Translations under genes and position numbers: made by a program
The notes under the pieces: generated by a model
What the model was told of the DNA's origin: nothing
Database searches by the model: none
The model's input: only the letters and a program-made list of their open reading frames with translations
Shown here: positions 17,821-27,902 of the stretch, piece by piece
Position numbering within the stretch: position 1 is the stretch's first letter
How the letters are laid out: every line of letters starts with the position of its first letter
IMG/VR virus record: IMGVR_UViG_2974601178_000001
Location: 56,296 to 120,295 of that record
DNA from: a virus
Lineage: Duplodnaviria > Caudoviricetes
DNA: 64,000 nucleotides
Reading direction: 5' to 3' (one strand)

Positions 17821-18886
17821 CTAAATTCTCCAATGTTGCTTCTAATAACTTAATCTTATAAGAATCCTTCAGGTTATGCAACACTTTTAAAGGACAAATC
17901 CCACTATTTCTTGCTTGGAACATTACACCCGAATAAAACACTTTATTATTAAGGGCGAATTCCTTTTGATCAGTGATTCCTTTAGTTTTATTAAATTGGG
18001 CGGTACATAATGATTCTAAAATGTCCCATGCTTCTACAAATGGTGTGAAGTACTCTTTATCCTCAGGGAAGACTGCTAAGTACTCATCTAATTCACCTAT
18101 AACTACTAATTCTTTGGCTCGCTTAGGTGATAACCCTTCTCCTCTGAGCCGATGTGCCACAAGGTATTGCGGGGATTTGACCTTCACAACAGGGAGTCCA
18201 TCCTTGTAACCAACATAACCTTCTTCTAAATTAGGCAGGTGTTTTAAACTTTCTATACATTCTTGTGTTGTATTAAAAGAGTATTTTCGTGGAAGGTGGT
18301 ATTTAGTTGTAATAATTTCCGAATAATCCCCACTAAGGTTATGTCTAATTGCTAAAAGGTAAGCTCTGTCCTCAGGGTAATTAACCACAACACGATTCTC
18401 TCTTCCAACCACTTCAAAGATGTATGTACAAGACTTATCTAACCCCTTTATGTTATCCCAATCTAAAGCAGATTCTATTAAGTCTTTCCAAGTGCGATCC
18501 CATCCTTGAACAGATAGTAATGGCATTAACATACTTTTGGTGCGATACATCCAACCATATGACTCACAATAGAACACACTTATTAAACTCCCATCCACCT
18601 TTTCGTAAATGGTTAAATCTTCGAGTTCAAAATTAACATCGTTCTCTCCCTGATTAAAGAACCTATCAAAAGCACGACTTACAACAGAGTATGTCACACC
18701 ATCTAATTCTTCTTTTATTACAAGAGATCGACACTCTCGTACAATAGGGTGGTTTTTGGGGGAATCTATTTGGTTATAATTTAACACTCTTAGGTCAGGA
18801 AACCTTTTATCAATAGAAACTTTGATTGAAAATTCTTCTACTAATTTTTCTAAACCATATTTGTTCAAATAGTCTAACACTTTCAT
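17810..18886 (-). CDS. rnlA: RNA ligase 1 (T4 Rnl1 family)
   Basis: ECR, FDRFFN, EKVDGSL, EEGYV, VKVKS motifs; coupled to PNK. Confidence 0.88.
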   Translation of the reverse strand: MKVLDYLNKYGLEKLVEEFSIKVSIDKRFPDLRVLNYNQIDSPKNHPIVRECRSLVIKEELDGVTYSVVSRAFDRFFNQGENDVNFELEDLTIYEKVDGSLISVFYCESYGWMYRTKSMLMPLLSVQGWDRTWKDLIESALDWDNIKGLDKSCTYIFEVVGRENRVVVNYPEDRAYLLAIRHNLSGDYSEIITTKYHLPRKYSFNTTQECIESLKHLPNLEEGYVGYKDGLPVVKVKSPQYLVAHRLRGEGLSPKRAKELVVIGELDEYLAVFPEDKEYFTPFVEAWDILESLCTAQFNKTKGITDQKEFALNNKVFYSGVMFQARNSGICPLKVLHNLKDSYKIKLLEATLENLDEK

Positions 18887-18971
18887 AATAATCTTCCTTT
18901 AGATAAATAAAAAGCCTGCAAGGATTACTATCCTTGCAGGCTTTGGTGTCAACACTTTATTTTAAATATCA

Positions 18972-19223
18972 TTACAATGTAAAAGTAATAATATTCTTAG
19001 AAGCATCCATTGTAAAATCGACTCCCTCATTTGTCAAGTAGTTTTCAATCGCTCGGAATGGAATACTTTTTGTAACTTTATCCTTGTGCAATTGGATCAT
19101 TCTACCACTACCATTTCGTGCATGAGCAACCACCACATCTGTAATGTATGTTGAAATTGCATCAAGGGTTTCCTCTTCTGCTTCATTGAATGCTTCTGTT
19201 AGCTGTTGTGTAAACTTTGACAT
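18972..19223 (-). CDS. Hypothetical protein
   Basis: ORF with GAGGAG RBS. Confidence 0.65.
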   Translation of the reverse strand: MSKFTQQLTEAFNEAEEETLDAISTYITDVVVAHARNGSGRMIQLHKDKVTKSIPFRAIENYLTNEGVDFTMDASKNIITFTL

Positions 19224-19317
19224 TAGTTATTCTCCTCTTGTTTAAATTTATTTTGTTCAAGTTGTTGTTTGTACAATATGTTCCATGCTTTCGCTAAGTT
19301 ACTCATTATTTCTCCTG

Positions 19318-19941
19318 TTATTTAAAATTTGAACAACGTTTCAATATGTTCATATGATGCACCACCTTGTTGTAATAGTCAACACCTTTCTTCAAACTTT
19401 TATCATCTTTTTTATTACCGATATTATACGACATAATCATTTTCTTCCAATTACCTTTGTGAACCTTTTCAAAATGTTGTAACACATCCAGCGCAAGGTA
19501 TGCTCCTAGTGCATCATCCATCACCACCTTGGTAATCATTTCCTGCTTTTTCCAATAGGATGTCACTCCTAGGATATTGAATATATTTTTCTCATTGATT
19601 TGGAATAATCCGTAATCCTTTGATTTAATGTTGATTCGATATCTGCCACCATGTGATTCCATCCACGCTAATGATGCCATTGTCCACTGTTTATCATAAG
19701 GTTTGCCATAGTTGTAAGCATATTCTAAACGGTATTGCTGTTCAGCGGAAAGGGAGTTCCATTCTGAGCAATCATTCCCATATGCAGCATCAGACAAGAC
19801 GGCACAGAGGAGAATAACATTTATCCAAGCAAACATCTTCCAAAAGGATTTACGTCCCTCAGAGACCCTTCTACGCTGATTATTCTCACTGTAGTAATCT
19901 TCTTCTAAATGTTGGAATGGGTTGCTGGGATCATCTATCAT
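19318..19941 (-). CDS. Lytic transglycosylase (SLT/lysozyme-like) with N-terminal signal/TM segment
   Basis: WMES catalytic Glu, DYGLFQIN, SYNIG motifs. Confidence 0.8.
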   Translation of the reverse strand: MIDDPSNPFQHLEEDYYSENNQRRRVSEGRKSFWKMFAWINVILLCAVLSDAAYGNDCSEWNSLSAEQQYRLEYAYNYGKPYDKQWTMASLAWMESHGGRYRINIKSKDYGLFQINEKNIFNILGVTSYWKKQEMITKVVMDDALGAYLALDVLQHFEKVHKGNWKKMIMSYNIGNKKDDKSLKKGVDYYNKVVHHMNILKRCSNFK

Positions 19942-20177
19942 AAAAGTTTCACTCCTATGTAAGGATATTGTACACTGTGATCAAGGGAAACCTTATTTAT
20001 TTTATCAAGGTACAGCATTGTCCTGACCATACGTTGTGTGCAATCCAATTCCCAAACTGAGATTCTTTTCCTACCTTTTAAGTTTTTCAAAATCCACTTG
20101 TGTAAACGTTTACCTTTTAAATGTTTAGGATATTCGTCTAAAGGTTGTTTAAAATCCGAGAATGATGTGATTATCAT
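19938..20177 (-). CDS. Hypothetical protein
   Basis: Coupled ORF. Confidence 0.55.
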   Translation of the reverse strand: MIITSFSDFKQPLDEYPKHLKGKRLHKWILKNLKGRKRISVWELDCTQRMVRTMLYLDKINKVSLDHSVQYPYIGVKLL

Positions 20178-20418
20178 AATAAATCCTCATTCAATACTCT
20201 CATTGACATCATATCCCAATTGTTATCCATTACAAACTGGTTAATCAATTCCTTCTTAAAAGAATCCTCTTTAGTAAAGATACATTCAATTAGACAACGA
20301 GTGGTTGTTTGCATTTGGGCAAATTCTTCTGGTGTAATTGACATTTTCATAATATTTCCTCTTTTTAAATTAGTTAATGTCTATTTGTGCAGTCATTATA
20401 ATGTTATTGATTAAGTTG

Positions 20419-20625
20419 TCAAGTATTAATTTCAGGTACATCAATTAACACAGGAGGAAAATGCTTGATATCATGTTGCCTTCCCAGAATCCAACCCATA
20501 CCGAAAATGTTACATTTAACTAAGGTGTAATCACTCTTAAAATGTAGTTTTCCCTCTGAGTCAATAGTGTACTCATCTTCGGAAATATAAAACGCTTTTA
20601 TAAATTCTTTTTCAATTTGTGTCAT
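20419..20625 (-). CDS. Hypothetical protein
   Basis: GGAGG RBS, upstream TTGACA promoter. Confidence 0.6.
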   Translation of the reverse strand: MTQIEKEFIKAFYISEDEYTIDSEGKLHFKSDYTLVKCNIFGMGWILGRQHDIKHFPPVLIDVPEINT

Positions 20626-20786
20626 AGTACCTCCTGCTTAAATAATAATCTTATATTAAGGGTGTTGATTGTTTGTGTCAAGGGGTAATTTGGATAATTG
20701 GTAAGTTTTATAAAGTTTATTAAAAGGTGTTGACTTGTGGAGAAGGTGTGTTATCATTTGTGGAAATTGATTAAAGGAGAAGGTTA

Positions 20787-21116
20787 ATGTCAGATAGCAC
20801 TTTACAAAAAATTAGAAATCTTGAACAAGATATAATTGATTTGCAACAACTGTTGCGAGTAGAGTCATCTTTCCGTTCAAAATATGAATTGGAGATAGAT
20901 GCCATTTATAAAACGTTAATTAAAATGGGAATATTAGACACTTTTAAAGAGGGACATTTTTCAGAAGGAAGGGAAGATGATGTGGAAGATTTTACCCACT
21001 TTATGGGAGAGTCACCCTTGCTAGGAGAGGATATCTCTGTTAATATGAGTGGATATACATTGGAAGAACATAAACAGCGTGTAGCAGCGCTACGAGAGTT
21101 TAATGAAGGAGAGTGA
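20787..21116 (+). CDS. Hypothetical protein; first gene of rightward replication block
   Basis: TTGACT...TATCAT promoter at 20730, AGGAG RBS. Confidence 0.7.
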   Translation: MSDSTLQKIRNLEQDIIDLQQLLRVESSFRSKYELEIDAIYKTLIKMGILDTFKEGHFSEGREDDVEDFTHFMGESPLLGEDISVNMSGYTLEEHKQRVAALREFNEGE

Positions 21117-21741
21117 TATGAGAAGTTTTGGAATGACCATGTTTTATACAGAGGATTACGATGAAGCTATGTTAGATTTCATTGAGGAGCATTATAATGT
21201 AGATTATGTTAATGATTGGTATGTGAAAACTTCGCTTATATATAGCAATGAAGAATTTTTCGTATCTCGACATAGAGGTAAAAGTGGCTCTGTAGGTTTA
21301 ACAAAAGAAGAATTCAAGCGTAAAATTGGCATGATAGTAGAAGATGAGGAAGTTATGGATAATAGTACTTCTAGTAAAACTTTTAGTAAAAGTGATTTGG
21401 TGGATGGGATGATTGTGGAAATACGTGAACCTTTTGAAGAAGTATCTTTATATTTAGTAAAAGATGATCTCTTATTATCAAAGACAGGACATAACCACCT
21501 TGAAGATTATCAAGATGATTTAACTTTAACGGAAGAAGTATCTGAGTGGGATATTGTTAAGGTTTATACAGTTGATAAGTTTAGGTCACTAACACTTGAA
21601 GATTTGTCCAAAACTCTTGTATGGGCGCGTCCTCTTGAGAAAACACAATCACAACTTAAAATAGAAGCACTTCAACAGAAGATGGAATCCTTGCAAGAAG
21701 AAATGAACAGTTTACAAAAGTCAATTGAAGCAGGAGAATAA
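21103..21741 (+). CDS. Hypothetical protein with C-terminal coiled coil
   Basis: DL..GM.V...WDIVKVY pattern common in phage hypotheticals. Confidence 0.7.
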   Translation: MKESDMRSFGMTMFYTEDYDEAMLDFIEEHYNVDYVNDWYVKTSLIYSNEEFFVSRHRGKSGSVGLTKEEFKRKIGMIVEDEEVMDNSTSSKTFSKSDLVDGMIVEIREPFEEVSLYLVKDDLLLSKTGHNHLEDYQDDLTLTEEVSEWDIVKVYTVDKFRSLTLEDLSKTLVWARPLEKTQSQLKIEALQQKMESLQEEMNSLQKSIEAGE

Positions 21742-21913
21742 TTATGGTAGATTTATACAACAAGCCTCAAAAGGGTGATGAAGCTCAGGCAATGAAAGCA
21801 CGTATTGCACATTTAGGGGATTGTTTGGCAAGGGTGAGACAAGAGGAAAAGGATATACTTTTGGAGATGGAGCGTCTTGTGCAAGCGAGTACTTTTGGTG
21901 ATCAGGCGGGGGA

Positions 21914-22189
21914 TTGATTATGAGTTTTGATTATAGTTGGACATGTACTTACATCGACAAGGATATATCTTCTTTCAAGGAGGCTTCTTTTGAAACATGT
22001 AAATGGCTCTTGGAAGGAATTGTTGACGAATATGATATTGATATTTCCGAAGCGAACTTTAGTACAAAAGTGAGAGAATTTGCTGATGAGTTACAAACGG
22101 GTAGACAGGACGCAAAAAGGTTGTGTCATCAGATTAATTATACTTTTGACATGAGGGTATTTTTGATGGAAAGGTTTGACACTTTGTAG
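21914..22189 (+). CDS. Hypothetical protein
   Basis: ORF in operon. Confidence 0.5.
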   Translation: MIMSFDYSWTCTYIDKDISSFKEASFETCKWLLEGIVDEYDIDISEANFSTKVREFADELQTGRQDAKRLCHQINYTFDMRVFLMERFDTL

Positions 22190-22419
22190 AGGAGGTGGTA
22201 TCATTTGTGGACTGGGAGTTTATTTGGAGAAGCTAATGTATTATATAACTAATGGAACAGAATATTATGCAGGGAAGTGTTGTTCGGATAGTAGGATTCC
22301 TGTTTGGAAAAGTCATTACACAAGAGCAATATCTTTCAACAGCATGGAAGAGGCTATGGATGTGGCAAAAGCTGATCGATTGTTTTATTTAGGGATTGAG
22401 TTTATCTGCGAGGATTAAT

Positions 22420-22713
22420 ATGAAACCAGAAGTGATAAACAAGTATAAAGAAAAGGGTGGTGTCTATATTGGACGAGGTAGTTACTGGGGTAATCCTTAC
22501 CCAATAAATGAATCCATTGGTGACACACGGGAAGTGGTTATTGCAAAGTATAAACACCATCTTAGAAAGTTATATAAAGAAGACAAGGATAAATTTATGA
22601 AAGAGTTATCTAAACTTTCGGGAAATAAGTTATCCTGTTTTTGCAAACCTAAACCTTGCCACGGGGATATTATTGTTGAGGTGTGGGAGATTTTGATAGG
22701 AGGACATTCATGA
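22420..22713 (+). CDS. DUF4326-family protein
   Basis: VYIGRGSYWGNPY...L.CFCKPKPCHGD. Confidence 0.85.
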   Translation: MKPEVINKYKEKGGVYIGRGSYWGNPYPINESIGDTREVVIAKYKHHLRKLYKEDKDKFMKELSKLSGNKLSCFCKPKPCHGDIIVEVWEILIGGHS

Positions 22714-23006
22714 AGGTGTACAATTACACAGATGATTCATGGCGGGATGGAGATGAAGATTGCCCATGTTGTAGTGGACTTCTTTTCGAATGTTATAATG
22801 CACAAGGGTGGTCGCAGAATGGGAGTGCTTCTAGCTTATGGAATCTTTATGTAGATGCGATCGTTGCACACAAAGCGGAAGAAAGCGGAGATGATTATCA
22901 CCACTTAGCAGAACATTCATACTATTTATATGAGGGGTTTACTTTGGAAGAGTTAGCCACTTTGTGTGAAAGGTTGGGTATTGTTTTGGAGGAAGTATCC
23001 CTTTGA
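22710..23006 (+). CDS. Hypothetical protein
   Basis: GGAGG RBS, CPCC motif. Confidence 0.6.
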   Translation: MKVYNYTDDSWRDGDEDCPCCSGLLFECYNAQGWSQNGSASSLWNLYVDAIVAHKAEESGDDYHHLAEHSYYLYEGFTLEELATLCERLGIVLEEVSL

Positions 23007-23041
23007 AAAGAGGTGTAACATTTGCGGAAGATTGATTAAAT

Positions 23042-25087
23042 TTGAGGAGAAGTGGTTTGGGTGATGATGGTTTATTTATTGGAGAACACCAGTATTGTTT
23101 AGCGAAAGAGTTTCCTGTTAAATCGGATGGTACTCAGCGTAGAGCTTGTGGTTCTTCTGATGCTCTTGCTATATATGAGCATACTACTGGGGAAGGTGTT
23201 ACTTGGTACGATGGTACGTGCTTCTCTTGTAAACAAAAATTTGATAGAGAAGAAGTACATTCCAGCAGTCTTTCAGGTTTTTTAGGAGTAGGAGAAGGTA
23301 CTTTAGAAGTAGTAGAAAAGAAAGAGTTTGAAAATAAAGCTACTAAGAAGAAAAAGATAACACGAGAAGAAGTTCAAGAACTTTGGGTTAGAACAGGGGG
23401 AAAAGAAGGTAATTCTGGAAATGGATATAGGGGTCTTAGCGATTGGGTTTTAAGATTCTATGGTCACAGAATAGAGCATGATAACTTAGGTAAAGTTAAA
23501 GCTGTTTATTATCCAGAAACTTCGGCAGAAGATGGTAAACTTAATGGCTACAAGTCACGACACTTACCAAAGAAATTTGGTATTGGTAATGTAGGTAAAA
23601 CTGGTGTTATAAATCAACTATCAGGGCAACATAAATTTCCTAATGGAGGTAGGTACGCGTTAGTATGCGCAGGTGAAGAAGATAAATGTGCAGCCCAAGA
23701 TATGTTAAGAGAATATCAAAAGATGAAAGGTCAAGCGGATTATGACCCCTACGCAGTAGTATCTCCAACAACAGGAGAGCCGTCTGCAGCAAAACAGTGC
23801 CGACAACAATACGATTGGTTCGATAAGTTCGATATTATTATTATTGGAATGGATGTAGACGAAGTAGGTGAAGAAGCTGCACAAGAGATAGCAAAAGTAC
23901 TCCCTAGAGATAAAGTTCGTATTGCAAAGTGGTCAGGTAAAGATCCTAATCAGATGCTACTAGACGGTAAAAAGAAACAATTCTGGAGTGATTTCTTCGG
24001 TGCTAAAGAAGTTATTGATAGTGGGGTTTACAATGCTAATGATGACATGGTACAGGATGTTATAGACGTTTTAACAACACCTCGTATTCCGCTACCACCT
24101 TTTGCAAGTCAACTAGAGAAGATGACCAAAGGCTCAGGGTTGTTTACTAGATCTATATACTCTTTGATTGGAGATACGTCTGTGGGGAAATCAACGCACA
24201 TAGATGCATGGATATTCCACTGGATGTTTAATGTACCTGACCACAAGGTGGGTATTGTTAGTGTAGAAGCTACTAAAGGAGAATGGGTTGCTGGTATGCT
24301 ATCTACTTATCTAGAAAATAATCTTTGGTGGATACCTATTGACGAAATAGAAGATTACATGAACACACCTGAGGTTAAAGCTAAAATTAACAACTTCTTT
24401 TACAATGAGTATGGCGAAAGTCGCTTTGCTATTGTCGATGACAGGGAAGGTACAGTAGAATCGTTACAAAAGTGTATAGACAAATTAGAAAGGCAGTATG
24501 GTTGTACTATTATCGTTAATGATGTACTTACAGATATACTTCGTGTTGTAGATAATGAGGCACAAGCTCGACACTTCAACTGGCAAAGTAATTTTGTTAA
24601 GAATGGGGCTACTATTTTCAATATATTACACACACGTAAAAGTGGTGATAATCGAGGAGGTAAACCTACTTTCCCTAATGAGTTTGATGCCTACGGAAAT
24701 TCTATTTTTGTCCAGAAGGCCGCAGGTAACTTTGTAATAGCTCGTAATAAGGAAGCACCTAATGATGATATTATAGAACAAAACACTACTTACCTAAGAG
24801 TACCTAAACTTCGTAAAGGTGTGACAGGTAGTGGAGGTGCGTGGTATTATGATGGAGATACACGTAAAGTTTACGACAGGGATACTTATTTCAAAGATAA
24901 TCCTGAAAAACTCCCAGTAGGTTATGATTTAACTATTAGCAGTTTTGATAGAGCATATTGGGAAGAAGGTGGTCGTGGTTGGGATGGGGTTTCTAGTGGT
25001 AACAATGGCTTTAAGATGTCAAAACCTAAGGAAAAACCTGTAGAACCTGATTGGGAAATTGATGTTGGTGGTGATGTTAAGTTTTAA
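23042..25087 (+). CDS. DNA primase-helicase (T7 gp4-like)
   Basis: N-terminal Zn finger (CGSSD...CFSC), TOPRIM (GEED, MDVD, KDPN), Walker A GDTSVGKST, ILHTRK. Confidence 0.92.
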   Translation: MRRSGLGDDGLFIGEHQYCLAKEFPVKSDGTQRRACGSSDALAIYEHTTGEGVTWYDGTCFSCKQKFDREEVHSSSLSGFLGVGEGTLEVVEKKEFENKATKKKKITREEVQELWVRTGGKEGNSGNGYRGLSDWVLRFYGHRIEHDNLGKVKAVYYPETSAEDGKLNGYKSRHLPKKFGIGNVGKTGVINQLSGQHKFPNGGRYALVCAGEEDKCAAQDMLREYQKMKGQADYDPYAVVSPTTGEPSAAKQCRQQYDWFDKFDIIIIGMDVDEVGEEAAQEIAKVLPRDKVRIAKWSGKDPNQMLLDGKKKQFWSDFFGAKEVIDSGVYNANDDMVQDVIDVLTTPRIPLPPFASQLEKMTKGSGLFTRSIYSLIGDTSVGKSTHIDAWIFHWMFNVPDHKVGIVSVEATKGEWVAGMLSTYLENNLWWIPIDEIEDYMNTPEVKAKINNFFYNEYGESRFAIVDDREGTVESLQKCIDKLERQYGCTIIVNDVLTDILRVVDNEAQARHFNWQSNFVKNGATIFNILHTRKSGDNRGGKPTFPNEFDAYGNSIFVQKAAGNFVIARNKEAPNDDIIEQNTTYLRVPKLRKGVTGSGGAWYYDGDTRKVYDRDTYFKDNPEKLPVGYDLTISSFDRAYWEEGGRGWDGVSSGNNGFKMSKPKEKPVEPDWEIDVGGDVKF

Positions 25088-25130
25088 TGTCACCTTTTAA
25101 TTTAACTCTAATGAATTTATAGGAGAAATA

Positions 25131-27674
25131 ATGCAAGCAGAGTTTTTAAAAGATAAGAGTAAGTATACAGACAGAGTACTTCACTCTGATATAGAAGGTC
25201 GTGGCTTTCTAGATGTTATAAAATCAGACAAAGATGTTTGGTGTTTAGTATCAAGAGATGATGAAACAGATGAAGTATTTATATTTCATGATTACCCTGA
25301 GTTTGATAATGCAGAAGTGTTTGATCAAGGAGAGAAACATATCATACCTCCAAGAACAGGGACACTTTTAGATGGGGTTAGATTTTGGTACTTGGCAGGT
25401 AAGAACGGTAGTAAACTTTCGGTACACAACTGCTTCACATACGATAAACCTTTGGTTGAAAAGATTTGGCCTAAATGTACAATTGAAGATGATGTGTGGA
25501 TAGATACCTTCATACAAAGTAAAATACAATATTTTGACAGACCTCAGCGTAAAGGTGCTAAATCTCCTCATGGTTTGTTGAACTACTCTTTAATGGAAGG
25601 TAATAAGAAACCAGAAGTTGAAGACTTTAGTATAATGAATGCTTTTATGCTACATCGTTGTATCATAGATACAAAAACTCAAAAATTTGCATACAATTAC
25701 CTCAAGAAAGAAAGGGAAATGTTGAAAAGTAAATTAGGTATTTGTATGGAAGATGCTTATAAGGTGGAAGTAGAGTATACTAAGAATTGTCATGAACAAG
25801 AGATGGTAGGTGTCCTAGCTGATAAACCTCATATGGAAGCTTGTATATCTCTTTGGGATGAAAAGGCAGAAGAAATCCAGAAAGCAATAGAGCCTGTTTT
25901 ACCTCCTACTATAAAAGTTTCTGGTGGTAAAGTTTCTCGTGTAGAAATGGCTGCTTTATTTGGGTATGATACCTCTGGTATGAAAGATGCTATGGAGATG
26001 GTTAAGAAAGATGGGGAAATGGTTTCTCAACCAGTTAAACCCTACTACAAACCCACAACCAATTTTCATACTGTTAAAAAAGTCAATCAATATTCAGGTT
26101 TTAATATTTCCTACGGATATAGTCCTAAGTTCACTAAAAAGAATGATTTGACTAAATGGATTAAGTATCAACATCCTAAAGGTGACACTGCAAAAGTGAA
26201 AGAGTTATCAGACTTCGTAAAAGAGTGGGAAATTGAGAAAAACATTGAAGAAACTAAACTTTTAAATAAAAACACTTGTGACTATTTTGAATTAGAACCC
26301 GAAGATACAGATATAATTGCAGGTGCTCATACTAAAATTAAGTTCACTCCTAGTAAACTTACACAACATGAGGTAGTTAAAGGCTTTTTGATAAAAAATG
26401 GATTAAAAGAAGTATCCGAATGGAATTTTAAGAAAGATTCCGATGGAAGTTTTATAAAAGCAGATAAAGAACTTTTAGTGAGCTACCCACCTAAAGCTAC
26501 TAAAGAAAACCAGCTACATTACAAAGTTAAAAAGGGTGATATAATGGTTAGTAGTCCTAAGGTATCAGAAAAAGATTATGAAGGCTTAGAGAACGAAGAC
26601 GCTAAACGTATAGGAGAGTACAATACTACTGTACACCGTAGGAGATTCTTATCCAATGAAAAAGACCCCTCCAATAAAGGGTTAATGGCTTATATAAGAG
26701 AAGATGGGAGAATACCTTGTGGTATAAACAACTTCTCTACTAGCTCAGGAAGGGGTAGCCACAGAAAATGGGTTAATGCTGCGGGAGAAGGTAGCCTTTA
26801 CGGAGAAGAAATAAGGAAATGCTTGATAGCCCCAGAAGGTAGGAGATTAGTAGGTGCGGATATGGCATCAGCTCAGCTAGCTATACTGTCTTTCTACGCA
26901 AGAAATGAGGAATACTATGAAGCGGTTGCATCTGGATTAGAATTAGAAAAAGATGACAATGGAGTAGAAAAGTATGTAGGTATGAGCGCCCACTGTCATT
27001 CCGCCCGTAACTTTGGGATGGTTAGTATAGAAGAGTTTGAAAAAGCTGTAGAAACCCAAGACCCAGATTTAATACATAGTATTAGTCTTAGACGTAAGAA
27101 AAGTAAAGGGGCTTCTTTTGGAGTTTGTTTTGGATGTTCAGGTAAAAAACTTGCAGGGATGTTGGGTGTACCTGAGTCAGAAGGTAACGCTAAAAAAGAT
27201 ATGTTCTTATCACGAATGGGTTTACAGGGTATCATAGACTGGGGAGATAAGTATAAAGACCAGTTTAAAAGAGGTAAAGGGTTTTACCTACCATTACCAT
27301 TTGGATATTGGGCTTGGTGTGACTCTACCCATAAAATATGTAATTTTCTAGCTCAGGGTGCAGAAGCTGCATGTCAGAAAATAGCAGTAAACTATTTTAA
27401 TAGAGAAGTTGTTAAAAGAGGATTAGATGCTTTTAAAGTTCTAGATTATCATGATGAATTTTTGGTAGAAGCCTCTGATCAGGATGCGGAAGAAGCAGGT
27501 AAACTTATGTGCGAAGCTTACAAGTATGCTAGTGACCAGTGTTTTGAATGGTATAAAGAAAATCCTGACAAGTTTCCTAACATACACGGAGGGGTTTTAT
27601 TTGCATTTAATCTGGATGGAGGTTACAAGGTCTCTGAGTTAGGTAATAAAGGTAACTACCTACAAACACACTAA
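25131..27674 (+). CDS. DNA polymerase family A
   Basis: Exonuclease DIE/HN..YD; motif A DMASAQL, motif B RKKSKGASFG, motif C YHDEF. Confidence 0.95.
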   Translation: MQAEFLKDKSKYTDRVLHSDIEGRGFLDVIKSDKDVWCLVSRDDETDEVFIFHDYPEFDNAEVFDQGEKHIIPPRTGTLLDGVRFWYLAGKNGSKLSVHNCFTYDKPLVEKIWPKCTIEDDVWIDTFIQSKIQYFDRPQRKGAKSPHGLLNYSLMEGNKKPEVEDFSIMNAFMLHRCIIDTKTQKFAYNYLKKEREMLKSKLGICMEDAYKVEVEYTKNCHEQEMVGVLADKPHMEACISLWDEKAEEIQKAIEPVLPPTIKVSGGKVSRVEMAALFGYDTSGMKDAMEMVKKDGEMVSQPVKPYYKPTTNFHTVKKVNQYSGFNISYGYSPKFTKKNDLTKWIKYQHPKGDTAKVKELSDFVKEWEIEKNIEETKLLNKNTCDYFELEPEDTDIIAGAHTKIKFTPSKLTQHEVVKGFLIKNGLKEVSEWNFKKDSDGSFIKADKELLVSYPPKATKENQLHYKVKKGDIMVSSPKVSEKDYEGLENEDAKRIGEYNTTVHRRRFLSNEKDPSNKGLMAYIREDGRIPCGINNFSTSSGRGSHRKWVNAAGEGSLYGEEIRKCLIAPEGRRLVGADMASAQLAILSFYARNEEYYEAVASGLELEKDDNGVEKYVGMSAHCHSARNFGMVSIEEFEKAVETQDPDLIHSISLRRKKSKGASFGVCFGCSGKKLAGMLGVPESEGNAKKDMFLSRMGLQGIIDWGDKYKDQFKRGKGFYLPLPFGYWAWCDSTHKICNFLAQGAEAACQKIAVNYFNREVVKRGLDAFKVLDYHDEFLVEASDQDAEEAGKLMCEAYKYASDQCFEWYKENPDKFPNIHGGVLFAFNLDGGYKVSELGNKGNYLQTH

Positions 27675-27902
27675 TAAGGCTAAGGGCTTGTATAAAGCCC
27701 TTTTTAATGTTATAATAATCACTAAAGGAGTTAATTTTGTATAAAACCCCCGAAGATGTCTTAAATAAGCTTGTAAAAGGAGATATAAGTATAAGTACAG
27801 TAACAAGAAATATGAATAAACATTTACATAAAGGTAATATAAAGCAATGGTTACTATTTGCAGAAGCAAAAGCTTTGTATAGAATGAAGGAATTAGGTAT
27901 AG

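Noticed and set aside
25900-26600. Intein or intron in DNA polymerase
   Set aside because: The insertion is in frame, lacks C/S...HN intein ends and ribozyme motifs, and lies where T7-like polymerases carry a thumb insertion
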